Shown here: positions 48,271 to 57,498 of the stretch, one piece after another | Position numbering within the stretch: position 1 is the first letter of the stretch | How the letters are laid out: each line of letters starts with the position of its first letter | Source of the DNA: an uncultured virus (IMG/VR IMGVR_UViG_3300047548_000197) | Lineage: Duplodnaviria > Heunggongvirae > Uroviricota > Caudoviricetes | Length of the DNA: 60,715 nt | IMG/VR virus record: IMGVR_UViG_3300047548_000197 | Reading direction: 5' to 3' (one strand) | Position numbers and translations under genes: made by a program | The notes under the pieces: model-generated | The model's input: the letters and a program-made list of their open reading frames with translations, nothing else | What the model was told of the DNA's origin: nothing | Databases searched by the model: none

Positions 48271-48924
48271 ATGAAACTTATCAGAGAAGAAGTTCTAGAC
48301 ACAAAATTTATCGTTGAAGAAAAACTAGGTAAAAGTAAACAATATTTTATCGAAGGTATTTTTCTTCAATCAGAACTAATAAACCGTAATGGTAGATCTT
48401 ATCCAGAGCAAATCATGGATAAAGAAGTTGCAAGATATATGGAATCATATGTTAAAGCAAATCGCGCTTACGGTGAACTTGGCCACCCAGACACACCATC
48501 TATTAACTTAGACAGAGTGTCTCATCTTATTGTTGATCTTCGTAAAGAAGGTACCAACTATATCGGTAGAGCAAAGATTCTTGAAACACCAATGGGTAAT
48601 ATTGCACGTGGTCTATTAGACGGTGGAGCAAACCTTGGCGTTTCTAGTCGTGCTCTTGGTTCTCTACAGATGAACAAAGAAGGTGTTCAAGTTGTACAAG
48701 ACGATTTTATGCTTTCAACAGCCGCTGATATCGTTGCCGACCCATCTGCTCCAGATGCTTTCGTTAGAGGCATTATGGAATCTAAAGAGTGGGTATTTGT
48801 TGATGGAAAGTTTGTGGAAAAACATATTGATGCTGTCAAGTCTTTAATTAAGAAAACTTCATCAAAGAATTTAGAAGAAGCAAAGGCTTACGCTTTCAAG
48901 AAATTTCTGAGTGAAATCAGATAA
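48271..48924 (+). CDS. gp21: Prohead protease gp21
   Basis: NRNGRSYP, GELGHP, GVSSRALGS, DIVADPSAPDAFV. Confidence 0.96.
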   Translation: MKLIREEVLDTKFIVEEKLGKSKQYFIEGIFLQSELINRNGRSYPEQIMDKEVARYMESYVKANRAYGELGHPDTPSINLDRVSHLIVDLRKEGTNYIGRAKILETPMGNIARGLLDGGANLGVSSRALGSLQMNKEGVQVVQDDFMLSTAADIVADPSAPDAFVRGIMESKEWVFVDGKFVEKHIDAVKSLIKKTSSKNLEEAKAYAFKKFLSEIR

Positions 48925-48934
48925 ATAATAAATA
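48921..48934 (+). promoter_or_regulatory. Tandem late promoters ATAAATA before gp22
   Basis: ATAAATAATAAATA. Confidence 0.65.
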
Positions 48935-48969
48935 ATTTAATAGAACTATTCCAGTTACAGGAGAACACG

Positions 48970-49953
48970 ATGTCAATCGAACAAAAAATCGCTAAACTTC
49001 TAGCTGAATCTAAGGAAGCTCAAATTGAAGAGCAATTGTCCGAAGATCTAGTAGAAGATGAGTTAGACGAAGAAGCTCTAAAAGCTCCGTCTGCTGCACA
49101 GAACCCAGACAACGCACGTAATGATGTTGAAGATGAAAAGTCTGCTGAAGGTGGTACTTCTAAGAAGGCTAACAAAGTAACAGCAAACGCATCTGCACAA
49201 GACGCAAAGCCAACAGTTAAAGAAGAATTGTCTGTAGACGTTTCTGCTGATGTTGCTGCTCTAATCAACGGCGAAGAATTGTCAGAAGAATTTAAAACTA
49301 AAGCTGCAACTATTTTTGAAGCAGCTGTAGTATCTAGAGTTAAGCAAGAAGTTGCTAAACTAGAAGAAGCATTCGAAGCTAAGTTGGATGAACAACTAGC
49401 ACAGAATATCGAGGGAATTGTTGAACAAGTTGATGGATATCTTGGCTATATTGCCGAGCAGTGGATGGCACAGAATGAATTAGCCCTTGAGCGTGGTATG
49501 AAGGCGGAAATCCTAGAAGGATTTGTTGCTGGACTAAAAGGTTTATTCGAAGAACACTATATCGAAGTTCCAGAAGAGAAGTTTGATGTACTAGGTTCTT
49601 TAGAAGAACAGATTGAACAACTAAGCGCTAAGTTGGACGAACAAGTAGCAGCCAACGTTGAGTTGACAAAAACTGTCAGCGAAATGACTCGTAACGAAAT
49701 CGTTACAATGGCATGCGAAGGTTTGGCGGCAACTGAAGTCGAGAAGTTGAAAGGTCTAGCAGAAGAATTAGTCTTTGAAGATTCTGAATCTTTCAAAGGT
49801 AAAGTTCAAACAATCCGCGAAAATTATTTCGTCGCAAAACCAGCAGCAGAAGTATCTTCTGTTGTATCAGACGCTCCAGTAGAAGCATTGTTCGAGGAAA
49901 AGAAAGTTGACCCAACAATGGCAAAGTATCTACAAGCACTAAACCGCAAATAA
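48970..49953 (+). CDS. gp22: Prohead scaffold gp22
   Basis: LSEEFKTKAATIFEAAV, VDGYLGY..EQW, LFEEHYI. Confidence 0.93.
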   Translation: MSIEQKIAKLLAESKEAQIEEQLSEDLVEDELDEEALKAPSAAQNPDNARNDVEDEKSAEGGTSKKANKVTANASAQDAKPTVKEELSVDVSADVAALINGEELSEEFKTKAATIFEAAVVSRVKQEVAKLEEAFEAKLDEQLAQNIEGIVEQVDGYLGYIAEQWMAQNELALERGMKAEILEGFVAGLKGLFEEHYIEVPEEKFDVLGSLEEQIEQLSAKLDEQVAANVELTKTVSEMTRNEIVTMACEGLAATEVEKLKGLAEELVFEDSESFKGKVQTIRENYFVAKPAAEVSSVVSDAPVEALFEEKKVDPTMAKYLQALNRK

Positions 49954-49979
49954 TCTCAACAATTTAAAAGGAAAATAAA

Positions 49980-51257
49980 ATGACTGCATCACGTCAACAA
50001 CTAATGGAAAAATGGGCACCGATTCTAAACGCAGAATCTGCTCCATCTATCAAAGACAACTACCGTAAGGAAGTTACTGCTGTTCTTTTGGAAAACCAAG
50101 AACGCGAAATGGCAAAGCAAGCTCAAGCATTGTTCGAAGCTACTCCAGCTAACGCTGGTGGCGACGGTATCGCTTTGGGTGGTGCTGGTACTAACGCAAA
50201 CATGGCTGGTTACGATCCAGTTCTAATCAGCTTGGTTCGCCGTGCTGCTCCACAGATGATCGCTTATGACATCGCTGGTGTTCAGCCAATGACTCAACCA
50301 ACTGGTTTGATCTTCGCTATGAAGAGCAAGTACACTAACCAAGCTGGCGCTGAAGCTCTATTCAACGAAGCAGACACTGACTTCTCTGGTGCTGGTACTC
50401 ACGCTGGTTCTAACCCAGTTGACGGTACTTACACTACTGGTACTCCAGTTTCTACAGCTACTGCTGAAGATCTAGGTGGCGCAACAGCGTTCAACCAAAT
50501 GGCATTCTCTATCGAGAAGACTACTGTTACTGCACAAACTCGTGCTTTGAAAGCAGAATACACTATTGAATTGGCTCAAGACTTGAAGGCAGTTCATGGT
50601 TTGGATGCTGAAGGCGAATTGTCTAACATCTTGTCTTCTGAAATCACTGCAGAAATCAACCGCGAAGTTGTTCGTACTGTTTACTCTGCTGCTAAGGCTG
50701 GTGCCCAAGTTGGTACTGCTACTGCTGGTACTTTCGACTTGGACGTTGACTCTAACGGTCGCTGGTCTGTTGAAAAGTTCAAGGGCTTGATGTTCCAAAT
50801 CGAACGTGAAGCAAACGCTATCGGTCAACAAACTCGTCGTGGTCGTGGTAACTTCATCATCACTTCTGCAGACGTTGCTTCTGCATTGGCGATGGCTGGT
50901 GTTCTAGACTACACTCCTGCTTTGGCTGGTAACAATGGTCTAAATGTTGACGACACTTCTACTACTTTCGCTGGTGTTCTAAACGGCAAGTACAAAGTGT
51001 ATGTTGATCCATACTCTGCAAACGTTTCTGCTAGCCAGTTCTTCGTTGTTGGTTACAAAGGTACTTCTGCCTTTGACGCTGGTTTGTTCTACTGCCCATA
51101 CGTTCCTCTACAAATGGTTCGTGCAGTTGATCCAAACACTTTCCAACCAAAGATTGGTTTCAAGACTCGCTACGGTATGGTTGCAAACCCATTCACTAGC
51201 ATGGCTTCTGGCCAAAACGTATACTACCGCAAGGTTAAAGTTACAAACTTGATGTAA
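49980..51257 (+). CDS. gp23: Major capsid protein gp23
   Basis: KWAPIL, GVQPMTQPTGLIFA, RALKAEY..ELAQDLKAVHG, FQPKIGFKTRYG. Confidence 0.98.
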   Translation: MTASRQQLMEKWAPILNAESAPSIKDNYRKEVTAVLLENQEREMAKQAQALFEATPANAGGDGIALGGAGTNANMAGYDPVLISLVRRAAPQMIAYDIAGVQPMTQPTGLIFAMKSKYTNQAGAEALFNEADTDFSGAGTHAGSNPVDGTYTTGTPVSTATAEDLGGATAFNQMAFSIEKTTVTAQTRALKAEYTIELAQDLKAVHGLDAEGELSNILSSEITAEINREVVRTVYSAAKAGAQVGTATAGTFDLDVDSNGRWSVEKFKGLMFQIEREANAIGQQTRRGRGNFIITSADVASALAMAGVLDYTPALAGNNGLNVDDTSTTFAGVLNGKYKVYVDPYSANVSASQFFVVGYKGTSAFDAGLFYCPYVPLQMVRAVDPNTFQPKIGFKTRYGMVANPFTSMASGQNVYYRKVKVTNLM

Positions 51258-51292
51258 TCAAGTAAGATAGAACCTACGTAAGATAGGTACTC

Positions 51293-51317
51293 AAAGGCTC
51301 CTTCGGGAGCCTTTTTT
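51293..51317 (+). terminator. Intrinsic terminator after gp23
   Basis: AAAGGCTCC-ttcg-GGAGCCTTTTTT. Confidence 0.9.
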
Positions 51318-51322
51318 AATTC

Positions 51323-51329
51323 CTAAATA
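51323..51329 (+). promoter_or_regulatory. Late promoter CTAAATA before gp3
   Basis: 5 nt before ATG 51335. Confidence 0.65.
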
Positions 51330-51334
51330 ATTTT

Positions 51335-51868
51335 ATGGCTACAACACTTACCTGTCCTCTTCCAGCAAACTTAAATCCATTGTCACCAAATGGGTTCAAT
51401 TTTGCCATTCAAAAATTACCAAGCGTATCATTCTTCTGTCAGCAAGTAAACCTTCCAGGGATTTTGATTGGTTCACCAGAGTTTGGAAACCCATTCCACA
51501 CAACACCAATTCCAGGTGAGTCTCTTACTTACGATACTTTGAATGTTCAGTTTTTGGTAGACGAAAGTATGGAGAACTACAAATCCATATACAACTGGAT
51601 TATTGCATTGGGATTTCCTAATGACTACAATCAGTACGTTAATTTTATCAATGAAGACCAACGTGGTGTTGTTTCTGAATTAGCTAAAAACTATTCTGAT
51701 GCAACTCTAGAAATCTTAGGGTCTAACAATAAAGCTATTCAAACAGTTAGTTTTATTGATCTATTTCCAATTTCTTTGGAATCTCTTAACTTCCAATCAA
51801 CAAATCAAGACGTGCAATACCTAGTAGGTAACGCTACATTCAGATACAGTTATTACAAATTTAATTGA
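51335..51868 (+). CDS. gp3: Tail tube terminator gp3
   Basis: FFCQQVNLPG, FLVDESMENY..IYNW, SDATL, FIDLFPISL. Confidence 0.9.
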   Translation: MATTLTCPLPANLNPLSPNGFNFAIQKLPSVSFFCQQVNLPGILIGSPEFGNPFHTTPIPGESLTYDTLNVQFLVDESMENYKSIYNWIIALGFPNDYNQYVNFINEDQRGVVSELAKNYSDATLEILGSNNKAIQTVSFIDLFPISLESLNFQSTNQDVQYLVGNATFRYSYYKFN

Positions 51869-51893
51869 AATTATTACAATTATGTAGTATAAT
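51865..51893 (+). promoter_or_regulatory. sigma70-type promoter for uvsY-uvsW
   Basis: TTGAAA-17 nt-TATAAT. Confidence 0.7.
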
Positions 51894-51917
51894 GTCTACA
51901 TAATTTTTGAGGATATT

Positions 51918-52355
51918 ATGAATATTGAACAGCTACAAGATGAATGGGACAAAGACTGTTCCATTAATGATAACTTTCTCGGCGAACAAGCCACAGCAAC
52001 CCCAAAGCTACACGCAAAATATCTACGATTACTCGTAGGGGTTAAACTCAAACACACAAAACTTTCATCAGACCATAACCAACTTCGCAAGAATAAGTTT
52101 AGGTACTACAGGGGTGAACTCAGCCGCGATGAATTGAATGAACTCGGCTGGGTACAGTGGCAAGGTATTAAGCCACTAAAGAATGAGATGGACGAATTCC
52201 TTCAAGGGGACTCAGATCTAAATACAATGAGAGTCAAGATTGAGTATCTTGAAACAATGATATACCTTCTTGAGTCTATATTAAGTCAAATCAAAGCCAG
52301 AGATTGGCAGATTAAAACACACGTGGAATGGAAAAAGTTCCTAGCTGGAATGTAA
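51918..52355 (+). CDS. uvsY: Recombination mediator UvsY
   Basis: WDKDC.I, PKLHAKYL, YYRGE, RDWQIK..EWKKF. Confidence 0.9.
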   Translation: MNIEQLQDEWDKDCSINDNFLGEQATATPKLHAKYLRLLVGVKLKHTKLSSDHNQLRKNKFRYYRGELSRDELNELGWVQWQGIKPLKNEMDEFLQGDSDLNTMRVKIEYLETMIYLLESILSQIKARDWQIKTHVEWKKFLAGM

Positions 52356-53842
52356 TGAATGTAATAAAAGTAGAAAAGCTAGACGAAGTTTACGTCAGAG
52401 TATTCAGTGACCCTTCTGTTGAACAGGAGATCGCTGATTTCTTCACATATGAATATCCAGGTGCAAAATACACTCCTCAATACAGAGCAAGATTGTGGGA
52501 CGGTAAGGTGCGTCTATATGATCAAGTAAGAAAAACTCTGTACATTGGATTGTTGGATTATGTTGTCAAGTTTGCTGAACGCAATCAATACAAAGTAGAA
52601 CTAAAAGACAACTTTGCTCCAAACAACAATATAACAACAGAACTTGTTGAAGAGTTTGCCAAATGGTTAAATCCACATGGACGTGGCAAACCAATTGAGA
52701 TTAGAGATTATCAAGTAGAAGCTGTACAGACTGCTCTTAACAAAGAGCGTGTATTACTACTATCACCAACTGCATCAGGTAAGTCGTTCATCATCTACAC
52801 AACAATGCGTTGGCATTTGAATGAAGGACGTAAGTGTATTCTTATTGTTCCAACAACTTCGCTAGTTGAACAGATGTACGCTGACTTTGAAGACTATTCA
52901 TCAGCAAATGGCTTTGATGTTGGCACCCACTGTCAAAAGTTATACAGCGGGTTTCCAAAAGAATTTACCAAGCATGTGTTGATCACAACTTGGCAATCTA
53001 TCTACTTGCAACCAAAGTCATGGTTCAAGCAGTTCCATGTTATGTTTGGAGATGAGGCTCATAATTTTAAAGCCAAGTCACTAACTGGTGTTATGGAAAA
53101 GATGGACACCATTCAATATCGCATTGGCACAACTGGTACACTAGACAATAAAAAGATTCATCAGTTAGTTCTTGAAGGTATCTTTGGTCCAGTACATCGC
53201 GTGACAACTACCAAAGCGTTGATGGATTCTGGAAAATTGACTCAACTAAATATAACGTGTCTTATATTAAAATATAGTGAGTTGATTCGTAAAGAACGTA
53301 ATAAAAACACGTACCAAGAAGAAATGGATTGGCTAGTTACGAACGAAAAGCGTAACAAGTTCATCAGAAATCTGGCAGTAAATTCTAAAGGTAATACGCT
53401 CGTTCTTTTTCAATACGTTGAAAAACACGGTAAAGTTCTCTACGATCTTATAAAAGATAAAGTACACGATGACAGAAAAGTCTTTTTTGTGTATGGTGGA
53501 ACAGACACAGCTGATAGAGAAGCAGTTCGTCACATCACAGAAGGTGAAGACGATGCAATTATCATCGCATCTTATGGCACGTTCTCCACTGGTATCAACA
53601 TACCATCCATCGAGAATGTTATCTTTGCGTCGCCATCAAAATCAAAAATTAGAAATTTACAATCCATTGGTCGTGGTTTGCGTTTAAAGGACGGTAAGGT
53701 TTCTTGTAAACTTTACGACATTGCAGATGACTTGCATTGGAAGTCTTGGAAGAATCATACACTAAATCATGCTGCTGAGCGTTACAAGACATACGCTGAA
53801 GAACAATTTAAACTAAAACTTGTGGAAGTTGACTTACAATGA
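52355..53842 (+). CDS. uvsW: DNA helicase UvsW
   Basis: WDGK, SPTASGKS, DEAH, GTTGT, FSTGINIP, LQSIGRGLR; ATG overlaps uvsY stop. Confidence 0.96.
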   Translation: MNVIKVEKLDEVYVRVFSDPSVEQEIADFFTYEYPGAKYTPQYRARLWDGKVRLYDQVRKTLYIGLLDYVVKFAERNQYKVELKDNFAPNNNITTELVEEFAKWLNPHGRGKPIEIRDYQVEAVQTALNKERVLLLSPTASGKSFIIYTTMRWHLNEGRKCILIVPTTSLVEQMYADFEDYSSANGFDVGTHCQKLYSGFPKEFTKHVLITTWQSIYLQPKSWFKQFHVMFGDEAHNFKAKSLTGVMEKMDTIQYRIGTTGTLDNKKIHQLVLEGIFGPVHRVTTTKALMDSGKLTQLNITCLILKYSELIRKERNKNTYQEEMDWLVTNEKRNKFIRNLAVNSKGNTLVLFQYVEKHGKVLYDLIKDKVHDDRKVFFVYGGTDTADREAVRHITEGEDDAIIIASYGTFSTGINIPSIENVIFASPSKSKIRNLQSIGRGLRLKDGKVSCKLYDIADDLHWKSWKNHTLNHAAERYKTYAEEQFKLKLVEVDLQ

Positions 53843-54192
53843 ATGATGTCTATGTTGTGTTGAAACTTGTTTCTGGAGAGACGTTGATGTCTGTCTTAGG
53901 GGCTGAGGATGAAAATTTTGTTCAGCTGAATAATCCTCTTGTGATCAAGTCTGTGCCATCTCTTGCAGATGGTAGAGAACATCTTGCAGCTGCTCCATTC
54001 TGCCCGTTTACTGAAGATTCTGAATTCATCTTGGACAAGAGAGATGTAATGTTTATCAAAAATCTGGCTGAGCCATTTATAAAAACATACATCAGGCTGA
54101 CAGAGTCAGAAGAAGATGAACGTCCTGAGAGAGAAGCAGAGGATGACGGATCCTACAGATTCATAATGGACGGTAACGATACGATTAATTGA
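53839..54192 (+). CDS. Conserved hypothetical protein (Sm-like fold likely)
   Basis: LKLVSGE..., NPL, acidic tail; usual neighbour between uvsW and gp55. Confidence 0.7.
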   Translation: MNDVYVVLKLVSGETLMSVLGAEDENFVQLNNPLVIKSVPSLADGREHLAAAPFCPFTEDSEFILDKRDVMFIKNLAEPFIKTYIRLTESEEDERPEREAEDDGSYRFIMDGNDTIN

Positions 54193-54222
54193 TCTATATC
54201 TTTATCAACCCTAACACCCTGA

Positions 54223-54251
54223 ATTATGCCTCAAGTCAAATAAAAAAGCAA
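54223..54251 (-). promoter_or_regulatory. Leftward sigma70-type promoter, antisense to the uvsW operon
   Basis: Minus strand TTGCTT-17 nt-CATAAT. Confidence 0.55.
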
Positions 54252-54286
54252 ATGTATTTTGCAATGCTTTGGCTACAAAAGAAAGT

Positions 54287-54315
54287 TTGTCTTTTCACAC
54301 TTGTTGCTGTATAAT
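54287..54315 (+). promoter_or_regulatory. Early sigma70-type promoter for gp55 operon
   Basis: TTGTCT-17 nt-TATAAT. Confidence 0.8.
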
Positions 54316-54351
54316 ACTTGATAACTTGAACTACAAGAGGAACGCCCATGT

Positions 54352-54918
54352 ATGGCTCACTACGTAAATAACAAAGATTTTTTAGATGCACTAATTAAGT
54401 ATAGAGACTCTGTGGAGTTGGCTAAACAAGAAGGCAGACCCAAGCCAATCATTAGCAACTACATCGGTGAATGCATCTTAAAGATCGCCAATCACCTTTC
54501 GTACAAGCCAAACTTTATCAACTACTCATATCGCGATGATATGATTCTCGACGGTATCGAGAACTGCATTCAGTACATTGATAACTTTAACCCAGACAAG
54601 TCCAGCAATCCTTTTGCATACTTCACCCAAATTATTTACTATGCATTCTTGCGTAGGATAGCAAAAGAAAAGAAACAATCATACATCAAAGGCAAGTTGA
54701 TACAAGACATGCCCTTTGAGATGTTTGAACTTCAAGAGCAAGACGAAGGTACAGGATACCACAATGCTTATCTTGAATTTATGCAAGCCAATCAGACGTT
54801 TGACGATACGTTTATTGAACGCAAAAAAGAAAAGAAAAAGAAAAAGCAACCAAACTTAGATGAATTTATTGATGATGGAGTAGATGATGTCAAAGAGCGT
54901 GAGGGACTTGATCAATAG
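54352..54918 (+). CDS. gp55: Late sigma factor gp55
   Basis: HYVNNKDF, YIGECILKIA, NPFAYFTQIIYYAFLRRI. Confidence 0.96.
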   Translation: MAHYVNNKDFLDALIKYRDSVELAKQEGRPKPIISNYIGECILKIANHLSYKPNFINYSYRDDMILDGIENCIQYIDNFNPDKSSNPFAYFTQIIYYAFLRRIAKEKKQSYIKGKLIQDMPFEMFELQEQDEGTGYHNAYLEFMQANQTFDDTFIERKKEKKKKKQPNLDEFIDDGVDDVKEREGLDQ

Positions 54919-56068
54919 CCTTAGTAATGGCGGTATTGAACGAGCAATAGCATACAGACCCGCTAGGGCTAGAGCGATTAGAGCAAGAAGTGGTAGAACT
55001 CTAAAGCGTAGAACAATTTCTGCAGATGATAATTATTTGAACTTGAATACATATATGAACAATCAAACTGACAACAAAATCTTTCTTGGCGTTAACGACT
55101 TTGATGATCTAATCACATCAGAAATTTTAAAGCGTCGCGTTGATGCAAACCAACGCACACTCCACCGTGATACAACTGTGCTTGCCAATCGTCGCACATG
55201 GGCTAATTGGGTTGAACAAAACTTTGACGGTGATTTGATTGTTCAAGGTGGTTCTTCTTCTGGTTTTATCGTTATTGAAGCAACCAACGAATATATCACA
55301 TACAGCGTTAGTTCAAACTCAACTAATGTTCGTGCATATGGTAGCCAAGAGTTTGTCACTGAGATTATCGAGATGGTTGAAGACGCATTCTCTGTTGTCA
55401 CATCCCACATCGAGTGGGTTTACGGCAGCGATGGTCATTCTGTGAGCGTCCCTCTTAACCGTGATCGTTTGCCAGTTGCTGAGATGTATCCATTCCTTAA
55501 TGGTGAATCTCTGGAAAGCTACTACGATCGATATATGAATTCTTCAGCAAACATCTTGCTGTTGATTGGTCCACCTGGAACTGGCAAGACTACATTCATC
55601 CGTGGCTTGCTGTCTCACCGCAACGCATCAGCCATCGTTTCTTATGATTCTCAAATCCTTGAGAAGGATGGTTTCTTTGCACGCTTTATCGAAGACGACA
55701 CTGAAATCATGGTGTTGGAAGACAGTGATGCATTCTTGAAGTCTCGTAGCGACGGTAACACAATGATGCACCGCTTCTTGAACGTGGGTGATGGTTTGGT
55801 TACAACTCGCGGTAAGAAGATGATCTTCTCTACAAATTTGCCAAGCATTCGCGATGTTGATTCTGCCTTGGTGCGTCCAGGTCGTTGTTTTGACATCGTT
55901 ACCTTTGATCAGTTGGATACATCACAAGCCAAAGTATTGGCTGACAAACTTGGCGTCGCTGCGCCAACTGACAGTGCCACTGGCAAGTACAGCATTGCTG
56001 AAATTTTCAACAAGCAATCTGATGGTGTCAAGAATTCAAAGAATTCCAGAAAGGTTGGTTTTTATTGA
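54884..56068 (+). CDS. AAA+ ATPase (start uncertain, alternative ATG 55055)
   Basis: GPPGTGKT, VLEDSD, FLNVGDG, FSTN, DSALVRPGRCFD. Confidence 0.88.
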   Translation: MMSKSVRDLINSLSNGGIERAIAYRPARARAIRARSGRTLKRRTISADDNYLNLNTYMNNQTDNKIFLGVNDFDDLITSEILKRRVDANQRTLHRDTTVLANRRTWANWVEQNFDGDLIVQGGSSSGFIVIEATNEYITYSVSSNSTNVRAYGSQEFVTEIIEMVEDAFSVVTSHIEWVYGSDGHSVSVPLNRDRLPVAEMYPFLNGESLESYYDRYMNSSANILLLIGPPGTGKTTFIRGLLSHRNASAIVSYDSQILEKDGFFARFIEDDTEIMVLEDSDAFLKSRSDGNTMMHRFLNVGDGLVTTRGKKMIFSTNLPSIRDVDSALVRPGRCFDIVTFDQLDTSQAKVLADKLGVAAPTDSATGKYSIAEIFNKQSDGVKNSKNSRKVGFY

Positions 56069-56232
56069 TGTATAAAGTTACATACTACACATCTGGGTCA
56101 ATGGTGGCTTTTAAGTGGTTTAACACGTTTGGTGAAGCTAGTCAGTTTTCACTAACTGTTAGAACTGGAGACGTCATTGAAATTAAATTATACAAGGAGA
56201 TTCCTGATGGACAATCAACACAAACAAATTAA
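56068..56232 (+). CDS. Small hypothetical protein (54 aa, not in ORF track)
   Basis: TGATG-coupled; MYKVTYYTSGSMVAFKWFNTFGEASQF... Confidence 0.6.
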   Translation: MYKVTYYTSGSMVAFKWFNTFGEASQFSLTVRTGDVIEIKLYKEIPDGQSTQTN

Positions 56233-56431
56233 AGGCTATCGTGATCTTTCTCAAGATGAGATTAATCTTATGAATGAGATCAAAGCCAAAGGTGCTGAAC
56301 TTGGAGAATTGGTTGAACGTCTACGCTCACAACCTACTCTGGATCAGCGTTGGATTAGTATCGGTGCAACAGACTTACAAACTGGTCTGATGGCTCTTGT
56401 TCGTGGTGTAGCACAACCAACATCATTCTGA
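56207..56431 (+). CDS. acb2: Anti-CBASS cyclic-nucleotide sponge Acb2 (T4 Vs.4 family)
   Basis: MDNQHKQIKGYRDLSQDEI..MN.IK and RW..IG.TDLQTG.MALVR.VAQP.SF; AAGGAG RBS. Confidence 0.9.
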   Translation: MDNQHKQIKGYRDLSQDEINLMNEIKAKGAELGELVERLRSQPTLDQRWISIGATDLQTGLMALVRGVAQPTSF

Positions 56432-56439
56432 GGAATTGC

Positions 56440-57498
56440 ATGAAGGTAGCGTTAATAACTGATCAACATTTTGGTGCTCGCAACGACAGCATCACATTCT
56501 TAGATTTCTTTGAGAAGTTTTATCAAAATGTATTTTTTCCTACGTTGGATAAAAACAATATTAATACTGTTCTTATTCTTGGTGATACTTTTGATCGCCG
56601 TAAGTACGTAAACTTCTACGCTCTTGATAGAGCCAAGAAAATGTTCTTTGATGAACTTGAGCGTAGAGGAATTCGAGTTCATATGTTGGCAGGTAATCAC
56701 GATACTTACTTCAAGAATACCAATGATGTCAACTCACCAGACTTATTGTTGAACGAGTATGCCAACATAGATGTTATCTCTAAACCAGAAACCATCGTCA
56801 TTGATGGTGTTTCTATTTGTATGATTCCTTGGATCTGTACAGATAACTACTCTGAATGCGTTGACCATATGAAAAGTACAAAAGCCGAAATTTGTATGGG
56901 TCACTTTGAAATTGCTGGCTTTGCTATGTACAGAGGTATGGAATCACATGATGGACTTTCTAAAGAAACATTCGACAAGTTTGACATGGTTTTTTCTGGG
57001 CATTATCATCACAAGTCTGATGATAAGCAGATCTACTACCTCGGAAACCCATATGAGCTTACATGGCAAGACTATAACGATCCCCGAGGATTTCACTTGT
57101 TTGACCTCGACACAAGAAACCTCGACTTCATTCGCAATCCTTATCGAATGTTCGAGAGAATTGAGTACGACGACAAGGATAAAGAACCCTTCGACCTTGA
57201 CAAATCAGATCTAACAGGCAAGTATGTTAGATTAGTTGTTGTCAATAAAACTGACTATTACAAGTTTGATAAGTTTATTCAAAAGTTGTATAATAAAGGA
57301 TGTCAAGATATCAAAGTTGTCGAAGATATGTCTGAGTTTAGTGACGGCGAACTTGATGATGAAAATATCAATCTAGAAGATACGCTTTCTGTTCTTGGTC
57401 ACTACGTTGATTCTATCGAGACTGATATGGATAAAGAAAAGATTAAAACATACATGCGCAGTTTATACACTGAAGCAGTTAACATTGAGGTTGTTTAA
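56440..57498 (+). CDS. gp47: Recombination endonuclease subunit gp47 (Mre11-like)
   Basis: TDQHFG, GDTFD, GNHD, GHFE, SGHYH. Confidence 0.96.
   Translation: MKVALITDQHFGARNDSITFLDFFEKFYQNVFFPTLDKNNINTVLILGDTFDRRKYVNFYALDRAKKMFFDELERRGIRVHMLAGNHDTYFKNTNDVNSPDLLLNEYANIDVISKPETIVIDGVSICMIPWICTDNYSECVDHMKSTKAEICMGHFEIAGFAMYRGMESHDGLSKETFDKFDMVFSGHYHHKSDDKQIYYLGNPYELTWQDYNDPRGFHLFDLDTRNLDFIRNPYRMFERIEYDDKDKEPFDLDKSDLTGKYVRLVVVNKTDYYKFDKFIQKLYNKGCQDIKVVEDMSEFSDGELDDENINLEDTLSVLGHYVDSIETDMDKEKIKTYMRSLYTEAVNIEVV

Noticed and set aside
41079..51257. Introns or inteins in terminase, portal, sheath or capsid genes
   Set aside because: ORFs are continuous with typical lengths; no homing-endonuclease or intein motifs noticed
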